A stretch of 62,741 nt of DNA, filler included, from Rhabdomonas costata (Eukaryota): the NCBI GenBank assembly GCA_019059605.1. It is 45 parts of 45 records of this genome, joined end to end, with 100 filler letters (N's around TTAATTAATTAA, not from the genome) between each part and the next. Parts side by side here need not be neighbours in the genome. Positions count along the whole stretch, not along the records: positions 50,275 to 51,570 come from JAHMHO010020264.1; positions 51,671 to 52,966 come from JAHMHO010020265.1; positions 53,067 to 54,365 come from JAHMHO010020266.1; positions 54,466 to 55,761 come from JAHMHO010020267.1; positions 55,862 to 57,157 come from JAHMHO010020268.1; positions 57,258 to 58,553 come from JAHMHO010020269.1; positions 58,654 to 59,949 come from JAHMHO010020270.1; positions 60,050 to 61,345 come from JAHMHO010020271.1; 37 more parts are not named here. One strand, 5' to 3'. Position numbers and translations under genes: made by a program. Under the pieces are notes generated by a model. That model did not search any database and was not told the DNA's origin. It saw nothing but the letters and a program-made list of their open reading frames with translations. Positions 50,345 to 60,581 of this stretch are shown here, one piece after another (positions within the stretch are counted from its first letter, which is position 1; every line of letters begins with the position of its first letter).

Positions 50345-51223
50345 GATTTGACCGCGAAATTCCCCGCCGACAGTAAGACGGCCAACGGAGAGGCCTTCTG
50401 GACGGGCCACAAGAGGTTTCCCGCAGGTTCTGGGTGCGGAGGATGTTTTCTTGCCTCGGCTTCCCTCGGCGCCTTTGCGAGGCGGGGGGTTTGCATGCGT
50501 GTAAAGATAGTGTCGTGGCCTCCTGAAGCTCGCCAGCTGTAAAAGAAAAATTTATGTAATAAGTAAACCGTTGCACAATACCAGCTTTGGGAGACACAAA
50601 GGGTGTGCCTAGCCATGCAAAGAGATCCTATTGCTTGAAAGTCTGATAATTTACGTGCCGGAGCGCAAGTAGCATTCAGTATGACCCTATCACATTAATA
50701 CCACGGGGTGCCTCCGCCCACGCCAATCCTAGCAAAAAGGGAAGGGCTGCCTGTGACTCCCCAGAACGTCATCTCGTTTCGTATCATGTCATGCCTTGTC
50801 GTCTCATGTCCCCCACACAATACCATGTGCGGGAGGTTCCCCGTGCCTTTTTTATAGGAGTCGTCAGTCTTCCGTATTGTTCACATAGTTGTTGAAAGAG
50901 GCGGAAATGCCGCCAACGTGCAACTGAGGACAGCAAACCCACACGTACAGAAGGCGGGAATGAAGCGACGCCTTTATTTACCTCGCTCTTTCAGACACGC
51001 CAGTTGGGTATTTTCCAATTACGTAACACAAGTCTTTTATCATTTCTCTTGGCCTTCCCCCTGTCTTTTTTGCGAACGTTTGTGTGCAGCGCTTTCGTTT
51101 GATGTCAAGAACCCTGCGCACTGCGAGTTTTTGATGGCCTGTGGGAACCTCTTCGCGTGCGTGTTCAAGGTGCACCCCCCGAAGCACGATAGTGCGAGGA
51201 ACAACCCCAGCAATCCCTGGATG
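50345..51223 (+). CDS. UBA1: Ubiquitin-activating enzyme E1, two exons (50345-50426, 51090-51223)
   Basis: FPADSKTANGEAFWTGHKRFP...LSFDVKNPAHCEFLMACGNLFA matches the E1 motif FP.D...G.PFWSGPKR.P..L.FD...H..(F/Y)...ANL.A. Confidence 0.87.
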
Positions 51224-52790
51224 GTGTGCCTGCCCACCCGCCACATCAGTTCTCTCTTTTTTTGGGGGGGCGTGCACGGCATCGTGTGCATCTTCTTTCT
51301 TCTGAATCTTCGCCTTCCCCCATAGCTTTCCAGTACATTCGTGCGCGCGCACATATCTCGGTAACGAATGTAAATGACGAACAAAGACCGAGGCAGCAGT
51401 TCCTCGTCAGTTTGCCGTAGTTTGACTTTTGTCGCATTGTGTCAAACACGCGTACGCGCACGTATCCATTCACACGTGAGACTGGGGTCAGGGGTGTGAC
51501 AAAGAAGGCACGATACGGGGCGCGCGCACATATGCAAGCACACACACACACACACACACCGTCTCTTCCTNNNNNNNNNNNNNNNNNNNNNNNNNNNNNN
51601 NNNNNNNNNNNNNNTTAATTAATTAANNNNNNNNNNNNNNNNNNNNNNNNNNNNNNNNNNNNNNNNNNNNGTGTTGTGGTTGGGTCTTCTCCCTTTCCTC
51701 TGCTTTCACAGGTAGCCGGGATCGTACCGAAAGGTATGCACTGAGATAACTTATTCCCACCTTCCCAGTTCAATCTCATTCATCCTAACGCTGTGTGGCG
51801 CAAGCCCGCTGAACCAGACAAATTAGAAGGAATGATGGTCTGCTGCGGAATAATCAGGAGTGGTGGCTCCAAGGGGTACAGTGTCTTTCTGGGGCTGTGC
51901 GCCTCCGTTCTGTCCTCCAAGGGGTGACGAGAGTTTTCGATATCCAGCCATTGCCTCGTGCGCATGCGCGCACCCCTGCTTTCAACAAAAGCACCCCCAC
52001 GACTGCGACTTGAACTTTAACTCTTCTGCATTGTTCCTGTAGGCTCACAACGTTGCATTCCATTGAATGACTTTACTTTCTGCGGCACAGTGGTGTCGAC
52101 GAGGAAGCTCCGCTCGACGAAGAGGGCAAGAGCCTTGTATGGCTATGCGATGCACTGCTCCCCTCTTCCCGCGCTCTTTTCTCATTTTACGCTTTTATCT
52201 TTGTCAGTCCCGTGTTTCGTGTGCTCTGGCTCAGAAATGCAAACTTCTGGGTGGATAGTTGTGGGATGTCATGCGGTTTCTTGCGCGTGGGCCATTGCCA
52301 TGACAAGCCTCGTATCCTTTTCTTCCTAAGCATCCTCTAGTAGTCGTTGCGTCCTTCGAATCCACCCACCCAACAATACTTGCACGTCCTTTCCATCCAA
52401 GTGGTGCTCTGCGCTGACGGCGCATGCGGGCACGTGAAAACTGCCTCTCGCCATACACAGGTGGATGAAGACGCAGCCATGGCAGGCTTTGAAAGTATGC
52501 CATAAGTTTTTTCTCCTGCGGTTCCAATCTCTGTTTGTGTTCGACTGGGATTTTCGGATCTTAATCCTGCGAGCCCTGAAACCATGACAGTTGCAGTTTT
52601 TGGTTCTTCCACGCTCTTTGCTCGTTCACTGCATCCCGTCTCCCGTCAACGAATTTCATTTGGGTGACCTGTTTGCGTGGGCGTGAATGCTGAAATGGCA
52701 GTACGCATCCCCCTCGGGAATTCCCTCTGCGAAAAGAACCCCTGGTGCAACTTCGTCCTCTTACTCGGTGGAGCCTATGAAAACGGCGAA

Positions 52791-52966
52791 GGGTTTAAAG
52801 GGTGCGTAGGCGGATTAATAAGTCAGTTGTGAAAGTTTGCGGCTCAACCGTAAAATTGCAGTTGATACTGTTAATCTTGAGTGTACATAAGGTAGGCGGA
52901 ATTCGTGGTGTAGCGGTGAAATGCTTAGATATCACGAAGAACTCCGATTGCGAAGGCAGCTTACCG
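52791..52966 (+). rRNA. Bacterial 16S rRNA fragment (V4), Bacteroidales-like
   Basis: gggtttaaagggtgcgtaggcgg...gaattcgtggtgtagcggtgaaatgcttagatatcacgaagaactccgattgcgaaggcag is conserved 16S with Bacteroidetes-type variants. Confidence 0.93.
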
Positions 52967-53066
52967 NNNNNNNNNNNNNNNNNNNNNNNNNNNNNNNNNN
53001 NNNNNNNNNNTTAATTAATTAANNNNNNNNNNNNNNNNNNNNNNNNNNNNNNNNNNNNNNNNNNNN

Positions 53067-54365
53067 TGTGTGGGTTATCCACAAGTGCGTAAGTGGAGTA
53101 GAGCGTGTTATCAGATGGGCAGGATACGAGCTTTTGATGCTTTGTACTGTGTGTTTGTACCTCTGTTTTACCTTGAAGGAGCAAGGAAAAACTCGCCTAA
53201 GAAATAAGAGGAGGGGAGAAGTTCCTCCATTCGAGCTACTTCCACAGCTAGACCCCGGTACTGCGCCCGTGGTGTGCCAAATCCACAGCTGAGAGAGAGC
53301 CAACCCTCCTGAGGAGCAGTGTGAGAGAGAGTGTGGGTGAGGGGTGAGGCTCCACAGCGGTGGTGGGTTGAGAGTGGAGAATCCACAGCGTGAGTGAGTT
53401 GTGTGGAGAGCTCTGACAAAGTTACCGAGTGCTTTCGAGTTTCTCTTTGAGAGGCTTGACTGAGTGCTGAAGTACTTCCCAGTGTTGCTCAGTCCAGAGT
53501 TGAGAATGTCGCAACCATCTGCTAGGAAGAGTTACAGTGGTTAGGGTATGCCACCTGTAGAACTGTGAAAGCACCTTTTCCCCTGTAGATGTGGATTTTT
53601 CTATACACCCGTGTATATGGTAATGGTATGTATAATACTCGTCTTCGTGAAACATGACATGAATCTGCACCAACTGTGGATGAGATGGACACACCAGCTG
53701 GCGCATCAGCACAACAGTCTGTGGAAAGGCTCCCCACACACCACAAACCTCACAAATCTGGATTGAACGCAACGCTGTGGAAACACACCACATACGCTCT
53801 GGAAACACAACACCCACTCAGACATCATCATAGCTCTGATTGGGGATGAAAACATACAACTCTGGAACTCTACAGCTGGCATACCCTAACCACTGTAACT
53901 CTTCCTAGCAGATGGTTGCGACATTCTCAACTCTGGACTGAGCAACACTGGGAAGTACTTCAGCACTCAGTCAAGCCTCTCAAAGAGAAACTCGAAAGCA
54001 CTCGGTAACTTTGTCAGAGCTCTCCACACAACTCACTCACGCTGTGGATTCTCCACTCTCAACCCACCAACGCTGTGGAGCCTCACCCCTCACCCACACT
54101 CTCTCTCACACTGCTCCTCAGGAGTGTTGGCTCTCTCTCTCAGCTGTGGATTTGGCACACCACGGGCGCAGTACCGGGGTCTAGCTGTGGAAGTAGCTCG
54201 AATGGAGGAACTTCTCCCCTCCTCTTATTTCTTAGGCGAGTTTTTCCTTGCTCCTTCAAGGTAAAACAGAGGTACAAACACACAGTACAAAGCATCAAAA
54301 GCTCGTATCCTGCCCATCTGATAACACGCTCTACTCCACTTACGCACTTGTGGATAACCCACACA
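53067..54365. repeat. Contig-spanning inverted repeat: arms about 53067-53561 and 53869-54365, spacer about 300 nt
   Basis: The arms are reverse complements; identical ORF translations appear on opposite strands (53068 + and 54364 -). Confidence 0.95.
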
Positions 54366-54465
54366 NNNNNNNNNNNNNNNNNNNNNNNNNNNNNNNNNNN
54401 NNNNNNNNNTTAATTAATTAANNNNNNNNNNNNNNNNNNNNNNNNNNNNNNNNNNNNNNNNNNNN

Positions 54466-55739
54466 GTTTGTGTTTTTCCGGTTCTGAAGGCATGCCGCCC
54501 GAAGAAGAAGAAGAAGGCATCTCAGAGAGCGAATGCTCCATTCGCTGTTCACTGTCTCCAGAGCTGATGTCCCCAGGTTTGCTCAGGTGGGTCACCGATG
54601 CCTGAGCTGCTGCAATCAGTGCTGACACAAGGGAAACAACAGCTAGGCTCTTCCAAGAGTACTGCTCATCACTGGAAAAACGCAAAGCCGTATCTGTCTC
54701 GGGCACCATCATAGGTTCTGGCGGCAGTATCGTGCCATTCCGGGCAGCAGGGCCTGAAAAGTAAGATGGAAACATACGACAAAACAAATCGCTTGATCGG
54801 AGTTCCCTTGTCCAATGGATCGGACGGATTATGTACATGGTGTTCAACAGAAATGTGTGATCTATGAAAATTCCTCTTAAACAACTCTTAAACGGTTGTT
54901 CCTGAGTAACAGGTCGTAGATGACAAACAATACCTCCACTGAGCACCTCAGCTGTGCGCTAAAAATTCCGTAGCAGTGCTCAACCATACGTGCGCTCTCC
55001 CGTTTTTCATCAGTTGTCAGCGAGTCCACGGAAGCAGTATTTACCTCGAAATGAAACGTAACATCCTAAGGGAACATACCACCGTGCAGAGACGATTCAG
55101 AAGCCAATTGATCACTTGGTTCTTGCCGGTCACATGGTAAACTCTCACCGTGGGGCCCGGAGGTGATATCGTTGGCAGCGGCATTGAAGTCCTGAAGTAC
55201 GGGTACGGCAGACTTCTGCTGCTCATCCAAGGGAAGCACTCGTTCATCCCCACACTCCTCAGTGGACAGGCTCGACTCCAATGAGCCTGTGCTGGAAGGG
55301 CCCTTCCAAATCTCAAGGTCATCCCAGGGCTGTACCTCAGCGCCGGACAGGCACGCAAGGCTGCGCTGGAATCGCGCACGCTCAAGCTGAAGCTGCCGCA
55401 GGACAGAAGACATTCAGGAATGTGTCTAGTTGCCTCTATAATGTTGGTTAACACACAACGAAAAAGCAGAAAACAAACAGCGTAAATTCACAAAGGTGAA
55501 AGAGACAGCTGCAGAAGTAGAAGGCAAATCAAATAAAACTGTTGGACAACATTCAATGCTGAGACTGCAAGTCAAAGTGATTAACCAGCGATCCGCAAGA
55601 GCCATCCACACACACATCCGCAGAAAAGGGTAACACCTTTGTCTCTTTCAACATAACTGGCCTGGCAACAACACAACCTGCGGTTCTGACACGGCGCATG
55701 AGGTTTACCAAAGCTGCCCCAGTATCTGACATCAGCAAA
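54466..55739 (-). CDS. Hypothetical Ser-rich protein, three exons (55739-55637, 55392-55149, 54753-end)
   Basis: Phase-compatible GT-AG bounded open frames; no family recognised. Confidence 0.5.
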
Positions 55740-56019
55740 CTGCGAATGGACCCACCAAAAANNNNNNNNNNNNNNNNNNNNNNNNNNNNNNNNNNNNNNN
55801 NNNNNTTAATTAATTAANNNNNNNNNNNNNNNNNNNNNNNNNNNNNNNNNNNNNNNNNNNNGTGGGTGTTGTGGGAAGGAGCGCTATAGCAAACAAAGGT
55901 AGAAGGTCCAGCAGGAGCTCTGAGACTTCTAAAGGACCCGTCAGGACCTCTGACCTTTGTTTGGTATAGCGCTCCTTCCCACAGCACCCGCTCCCCAGCA
56001 CCCCCTCACTTTTGTGCAG

Positions 56020-57047
56020 TCAGTCATCTGGCAAAATCAGCCTATTTTTAAAGCAATAATGCAGACTCATTCTAGTCAGTCGGACTTTCAGCCAGTTCTA
56101 CCCCTGGATCTTTTGCGTGATTCAGTCTCACCAGGATCTTCAGAAGTACACTCTGAGGTATGCGTTTTCTTTTAACTCCTCTCAAACCCTCTTCTCTTCT
56201 CCGATTTTTTGTGTTCAACCAACAACCGTCCGATTCCTCGTCGACTTCGTTCCCCTTATTTCCCTAACTGGGCAAATTGCCCAATCGCCCCATTATTCGC
56301 ATATTTGAACCCGAATGTTGCTGTTGTTGGTATTGCCCAGTTCTTGACGTCACCATCTGTTTTCATGTCTCCATCTCCAGCCTGCTGGGCAAGCTCGTTT
56401 CTTGTTTTGGTCTGTTTCCTTTTGCAGCGTAACTCGTTGGCTCTGGCGGTTCTTCGTCGACTTGAACTTTCTGTGGGTGACTTATTGGAGACTGCCGCGA
56501 GGGAGGCAGTTGCCTCGGGTGAACTCACGTCGGATCCGGTTGAAGTGTCCGCTCTAGTTGAGCGCACTTCCAGGAAAATTGAGGCCAGCGCAGGTTACTC
56601 CTCCATAGCTGCCCTCATTGCGGCCGAAACCCTACGGTTCTCTGGACAGTCTGGAGTTGATATTTTTGGACAGGTGTGCCGCGTTCCCACTCCTCTGCCT
56701 TCAGCTTTTCTCGCTGTGCTATTTTTGTGCTATTTCGATGTTTGGTTTGACTGGTTGGAATCTGGAGTGGTATTCTCTGGAAGGTTTGTGTTGAGGAGGA
56801 ATTCCTCCATACTGCGCTTGTGTGAATTTGTCGTGTGGGTTTTTTTCAGCGCCAGACGGGTTCTCAACCGCCTGCAACGTGCGGTGCGCCGGCGGCGTGC
56901 CCAGATGGATCCAAATCTTCAGGTGCAGGAACTTTCTGGGCGACGCTCTCTGCTCCTCCCAGCCGTGGCTCGGACGTTCAACGGGGGACCACGGGGCGCA
57001 GCTGGGAAACGGTTTCCGCCTCCGAGGACTCTGAGGAGTCCTGGCAG
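56020..57047 (+). CDS. Hypothetical protein, three exons (56020-56157, 56428-56673, 56850-57047)
   Basis: Phase-0 GT-AG introns with pyrimidine-rich acceptors; no family recognised. Confidence 0.55.
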
Positions 57048-58653
57048 GTTTCTAGGGCTAATTTGATTTGTCGAAAAAGTGGCAGCGGCGGCACCGCGAA
57101 TGGACTGTTTTGCTATTGCTGAGCGATGTCAGTCGGTATTCCGCCCAACAACACCCCNNNNNNNNNNNNNNNNNNNNNNNNNNNNNNNNNNNNNNNNNNN
57201 NTTAATTAATTAANNNNNNNNNNNNNNNNNNNNNNNNNNNNNNNNNNNNNNNNNNNNCACACCCGGAACTTAGTGGTGGTAGGCGTGAAGCTAGGGGAAG
57301 GACACGCCATGACAGCTAGATATTTTCTGGAATGGGTGAGCTTTTGTTTTTGGTGGTTGTTGCGGGGAACTTCTGAAATTCTGGCGGGTCTGTCTGAGAA
57401 TAGAAGTACTTAGTTTCTTTTTGAAGGCTCGTAAAACTGATTTGCGACCGGTTTTACTGGTACGCCACGTCGTTTTCTTGGTGAGGTTTTTTGGAAAGTG
57501 TGTTAAAGAGGACTGCTTCCGCGCGTGGCTGCCCATTATAAGGAAGTGCTTTTTTCTTTGAATATTTGCGAAGCGCTCCCAAGGAAAAAGCTGGCACTCC
57601 TTTTTGTATTGCTTGTCAAAGGACCCAGCCTGCGGCCAACCTCTGTGCTTACCTCGCAGTTCACACCAACCCCTTACGGGCGGTGAGATTCTTTCCGCTC
57701 GAGGCTACCATGACTTTTGCTTCTATTTCGTTTTGTCCTGCCCGAAATTTTCTGGGGAAATGCCAAGGAAAATCAGATAGGATGCCACACCATGGTGGGA
57801 TCGAGATCGGTCGACGTTGCAGGTTCTGAATCAGTTGCTGTGCACAGATCCGGTGGAAGGATTCCATGGGGATCAGAAACGGCAGATGTACGCGTGCTCC
57901 TTTCATCCACATGTCGGCTTTAGAACGAAGATTGATCGAAAAAGAAGCAGAAAGCAGCAAAACTGGTCGTGTCGCTACCTCAACCGCAGCAGTAGGACAG
58001 GGGTCTGATCCTCCGCCTCCATATTACCTTTGAAGATTGAGCCGTTGGTGCGTAGGGCATTCAGTGAGCGCACGAAAGTGCTCGAGGCTCAGAGTGGATG
58101 ATCAAGGGTGTCACCCATTTCACCTATTCAAAACTGCTGTGTAACTTTCTCGGACTGGCCGCTTGCTTGGGAGAACATTCTGCGCTGCCTGGCCTCCTGG
58201 TGCTGCTGGATGGACCTGTGCGCCTTTTCTTTCTTTTATAGTTGGCTCTCGCTTGCTGTCGCAGGGCTTTGCATTTTCTTTGACCCTCCGCTCTGCTGCT
58301 GTGTGATTTTTCACTCGCCGGGAAAATACAATGGGCAACACGCGATCCTACGTATGTGGCGTTTTGCTTACCTGCTTCCGTGCATTTCTTGCTTTGAAGG
58401 AAGGGCCCAGCATTTCGGAACCAGTCTCCCTGTTGTGTTTGACTGCCTTGTTTTCAATCGACCCCAGTTTCTGGGAAACCACTGAGCACAGAGGCAAATG
58501 ATCGCTTTTTTTCCCGGAAAGGAGGGTGAGGGGTAGAGGAGGAAAAAACCACCNNNNNNNNNNNNNNNNNNNNNNNNNNNNNNNNNNNNNNNNNNNNTTA
58601 ATTAATTAANNNNNNNNNNNNNNNNNNNNNNNNNNNNNNNNNNNNNNNNNNNN

Positions 58654-59829
58654 GTTGGGTTGGGTTGGCCCAGCATGGTTGTGGACACGGCGTGCTCCTC
58701 CGCTCTGGTTGCTTTGCATCTTGGGGTGCGCTCTCTTTCCGCGCAAGAGTGTGACTGTGCGTTGGTTGGCGGGGTCAACCTGCTTTTGGGACCTGACTCC
58801 ACGATTGCGTTTGGCAAGACAACTCTTCTCTCTGCGAGCGGGCGGTGCCGCACCTTTGACGCTGCTGCGGACGGGTACGTCCGCGGGGAAGGCTGTATTG
58901 CGGTCGTCTTGCGACGAAAGGGAACGGAGGCAAATTCCACTGCCAACTGGGGCATTGTGGGCTCTGCAGTGAACCAAGACGGGCGCAGCGCCACGCTCAC
59001 CGCCCCCAGGGGTCCTGCCCAGCAGGCTGTGATTGAAGCCGCTCTCAGAGCTACTGGTGCCACGGCTGATCAACTGGTGTACATTGAAACTCACGGAACA
59101 GGCACTGCCTTGGGGGATCCGGTCGAGGTCACGGCCATTCAAACGGTGTTGGGCAGAGCGTCGGGTCTTTCCAGCGATTCCCCCAAGTTTACTGTACTTG
59201 GGGCAGTGAAATCCTGCATAGGCCACCTTGAGGGCGCTGCTGGTTTGGCCGGTCTGCTTAAAGTGGGGCTCTCACTGCAGCATCAGTGTGTCCCCTCCAA
59301 CCTACATATGAAGGCTCTTAATCCCCAAATCGAGGCACCTCCTGCTGGGATCGCGTTGGTTTTTCCCACGGAGTCTTGCTCTCTGAAATCCGGCTTGGCA
59401 AGCGTAAGCTCTTTTGGCTTCGGGGGCACCAATTCCCACGTGGTGCTGTGCCCGTTTCCTGCACATAGCGGTGGCGGTGTGGATAAAAACATCGTGTGGT
59501 TATTTACTGGTCAGGGCTTGCAGTATGTGAACATGGGAAAGGACCTCTATGAAACTGACCAACACTTTCGGGAGCAGCTTCATTGCTGTGCAATGCTTTT
59601 CGATTTACTTCTTCCTCGTCCTTTGCTCTCTGTGCTGATGCCAGAGCCTGCAAAGAAAAGCTCCGCGGAAGAGCTGATAAATCAGACCTTGTTTGGGCAG
59701 TGCTGCCTGTTTGCTGTGGAGTACTCCTTGGCGTTCACCCTGCTCCATCGCGGAATGGAGCCCGCCGTGGTTTTGGGCCATAGCTTAGGGGAGGTTGTCG
59801 CTAGCTGCGTTGCAGGAGTGATGACCTGA
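58654..59829 (+). CDS. Type I PKS/FAS fragment: ketosynthase plus start of acyltransferase
   Basis: DTACSS, ETHGTGT, GDPVE, KSCIGHLEGAAG, SSFGFGGTN, FTGQG, GHSLGE. Confidence 0.95.
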   Translation, partial: VGLGWPSMVVDTACSSALVALHLGVRSLSAQECDCALVGGVNLLLGPDSTIAFGKTTLLSASGRCRTFDAAADGYVRGEGCIAVVLRRKGTEANSTANWGIVGSAVNQDGRSATLTAPRGPAQQAVIEAALRATGATADQLVYIETHGTGTALGDPVEVTAIQTVLGRASGLSSDSPKFTVLGAVKSCIGHLEGAAGLAGLLKVGLSLQHQCVPSNLHMKALNPQIEAPPAGIALVFPTESCSLKSGLASVSSFGFGGTNSHVVLCPFPAHSGGGVDKNIVWLFTGQGLQYVNMGKDLYETDQHFREQLHCCAMLFDLLLPRPLLSVLMPEPAKKSSAEELINQTLFGQCCLFAVEYSLAFTLLHRGMEPAVVLGHSLGEVVASCVAGVMT

Positions 59830-60466
59830 AAGAATCACCCTATTCAAACCATCAACCGCTGCAATCTGGACATGGGGTGCCTGGGCTGAGCATCGTGCTA
59901 TCGCCTCCAGCGCCCGTTTCTCCCCAACACTGACGGCAAACATCGCCCCNNNNNNNNNNNNNNNNNNNNNNNNNNNNNNNNNNNNNNNNNNNNTTAATTA
60001 ATTAANNNNNNNNNNNNNNNNNNNNNNNNNNNNNNNNNNNNNNNNNNNNGGGCTTGGCCGCCTCGCACTCGACCCCATCAGCACCGCTGGTGTGTCCGCA
60101 AGCTGTCCCAAGTGCTGCGGACCACTCAACAGGCTCACCCTCAGCTGTGGTCAGTGTCACGGTACCTGTACTTGCCGATCTCCAGCCTCTCCTAAGTTCC
60201 GCCGGACCCCATCTCCCCACCAGCTCTGCGGCTACTTCCACCACTCCATGGAGTCTTCACCAAGGCCTGGGCCCGGTCGTAAGCACCTCCATCCCCGCTA
60301 ATCTACGGGTTTCGGGATACCGTTGGCCTTCCTCAAAATGTATTTTTTCTCAGCGCAATGGGGTGGTGGTGTTCCTCCCGCTTGACCGACATACATTCCT
60401 CTGCATTTGGGAGTGAATCCTTCTTCTATGTTACATGCTCACATTGCTGAGGGCGGGGGCTTCCAG

Positions 60467-60581
60467 GAAGCACGTCACCCTTCTGGCCTGTGAGATCGTG
60501 GACTTCGAGAAGGTGGTCGCTGGCACCCCCATGGCAGATACGATCGACATCCACGCGAAGTACGTCACTCTGGTGCAGGAG
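60467..60581 (+). CDS. Class III nucleotide cyclase-like exon (start of catalytic domain, divergent)
   Basis: HVTLLACEIVDFEKV...DTIDIHAKYVTLV resembles VTVLFxDIVGFT...LVELLNxYF. Confidence 0.55.

Noticed and set aside
51720-51740. gtacc-gaaa-ggtat GNRA hairpin as a structured RNA or ribozyme
   Set aside because: Very short, overlaps a likely splice donor, and lacks a hammerhead core.
19614-59829. PKS plus methyltransferase as a biosynthetic cluster
   Set aside because: They are on separate contigs, apparently grouped by length; there is no linkage evidence.
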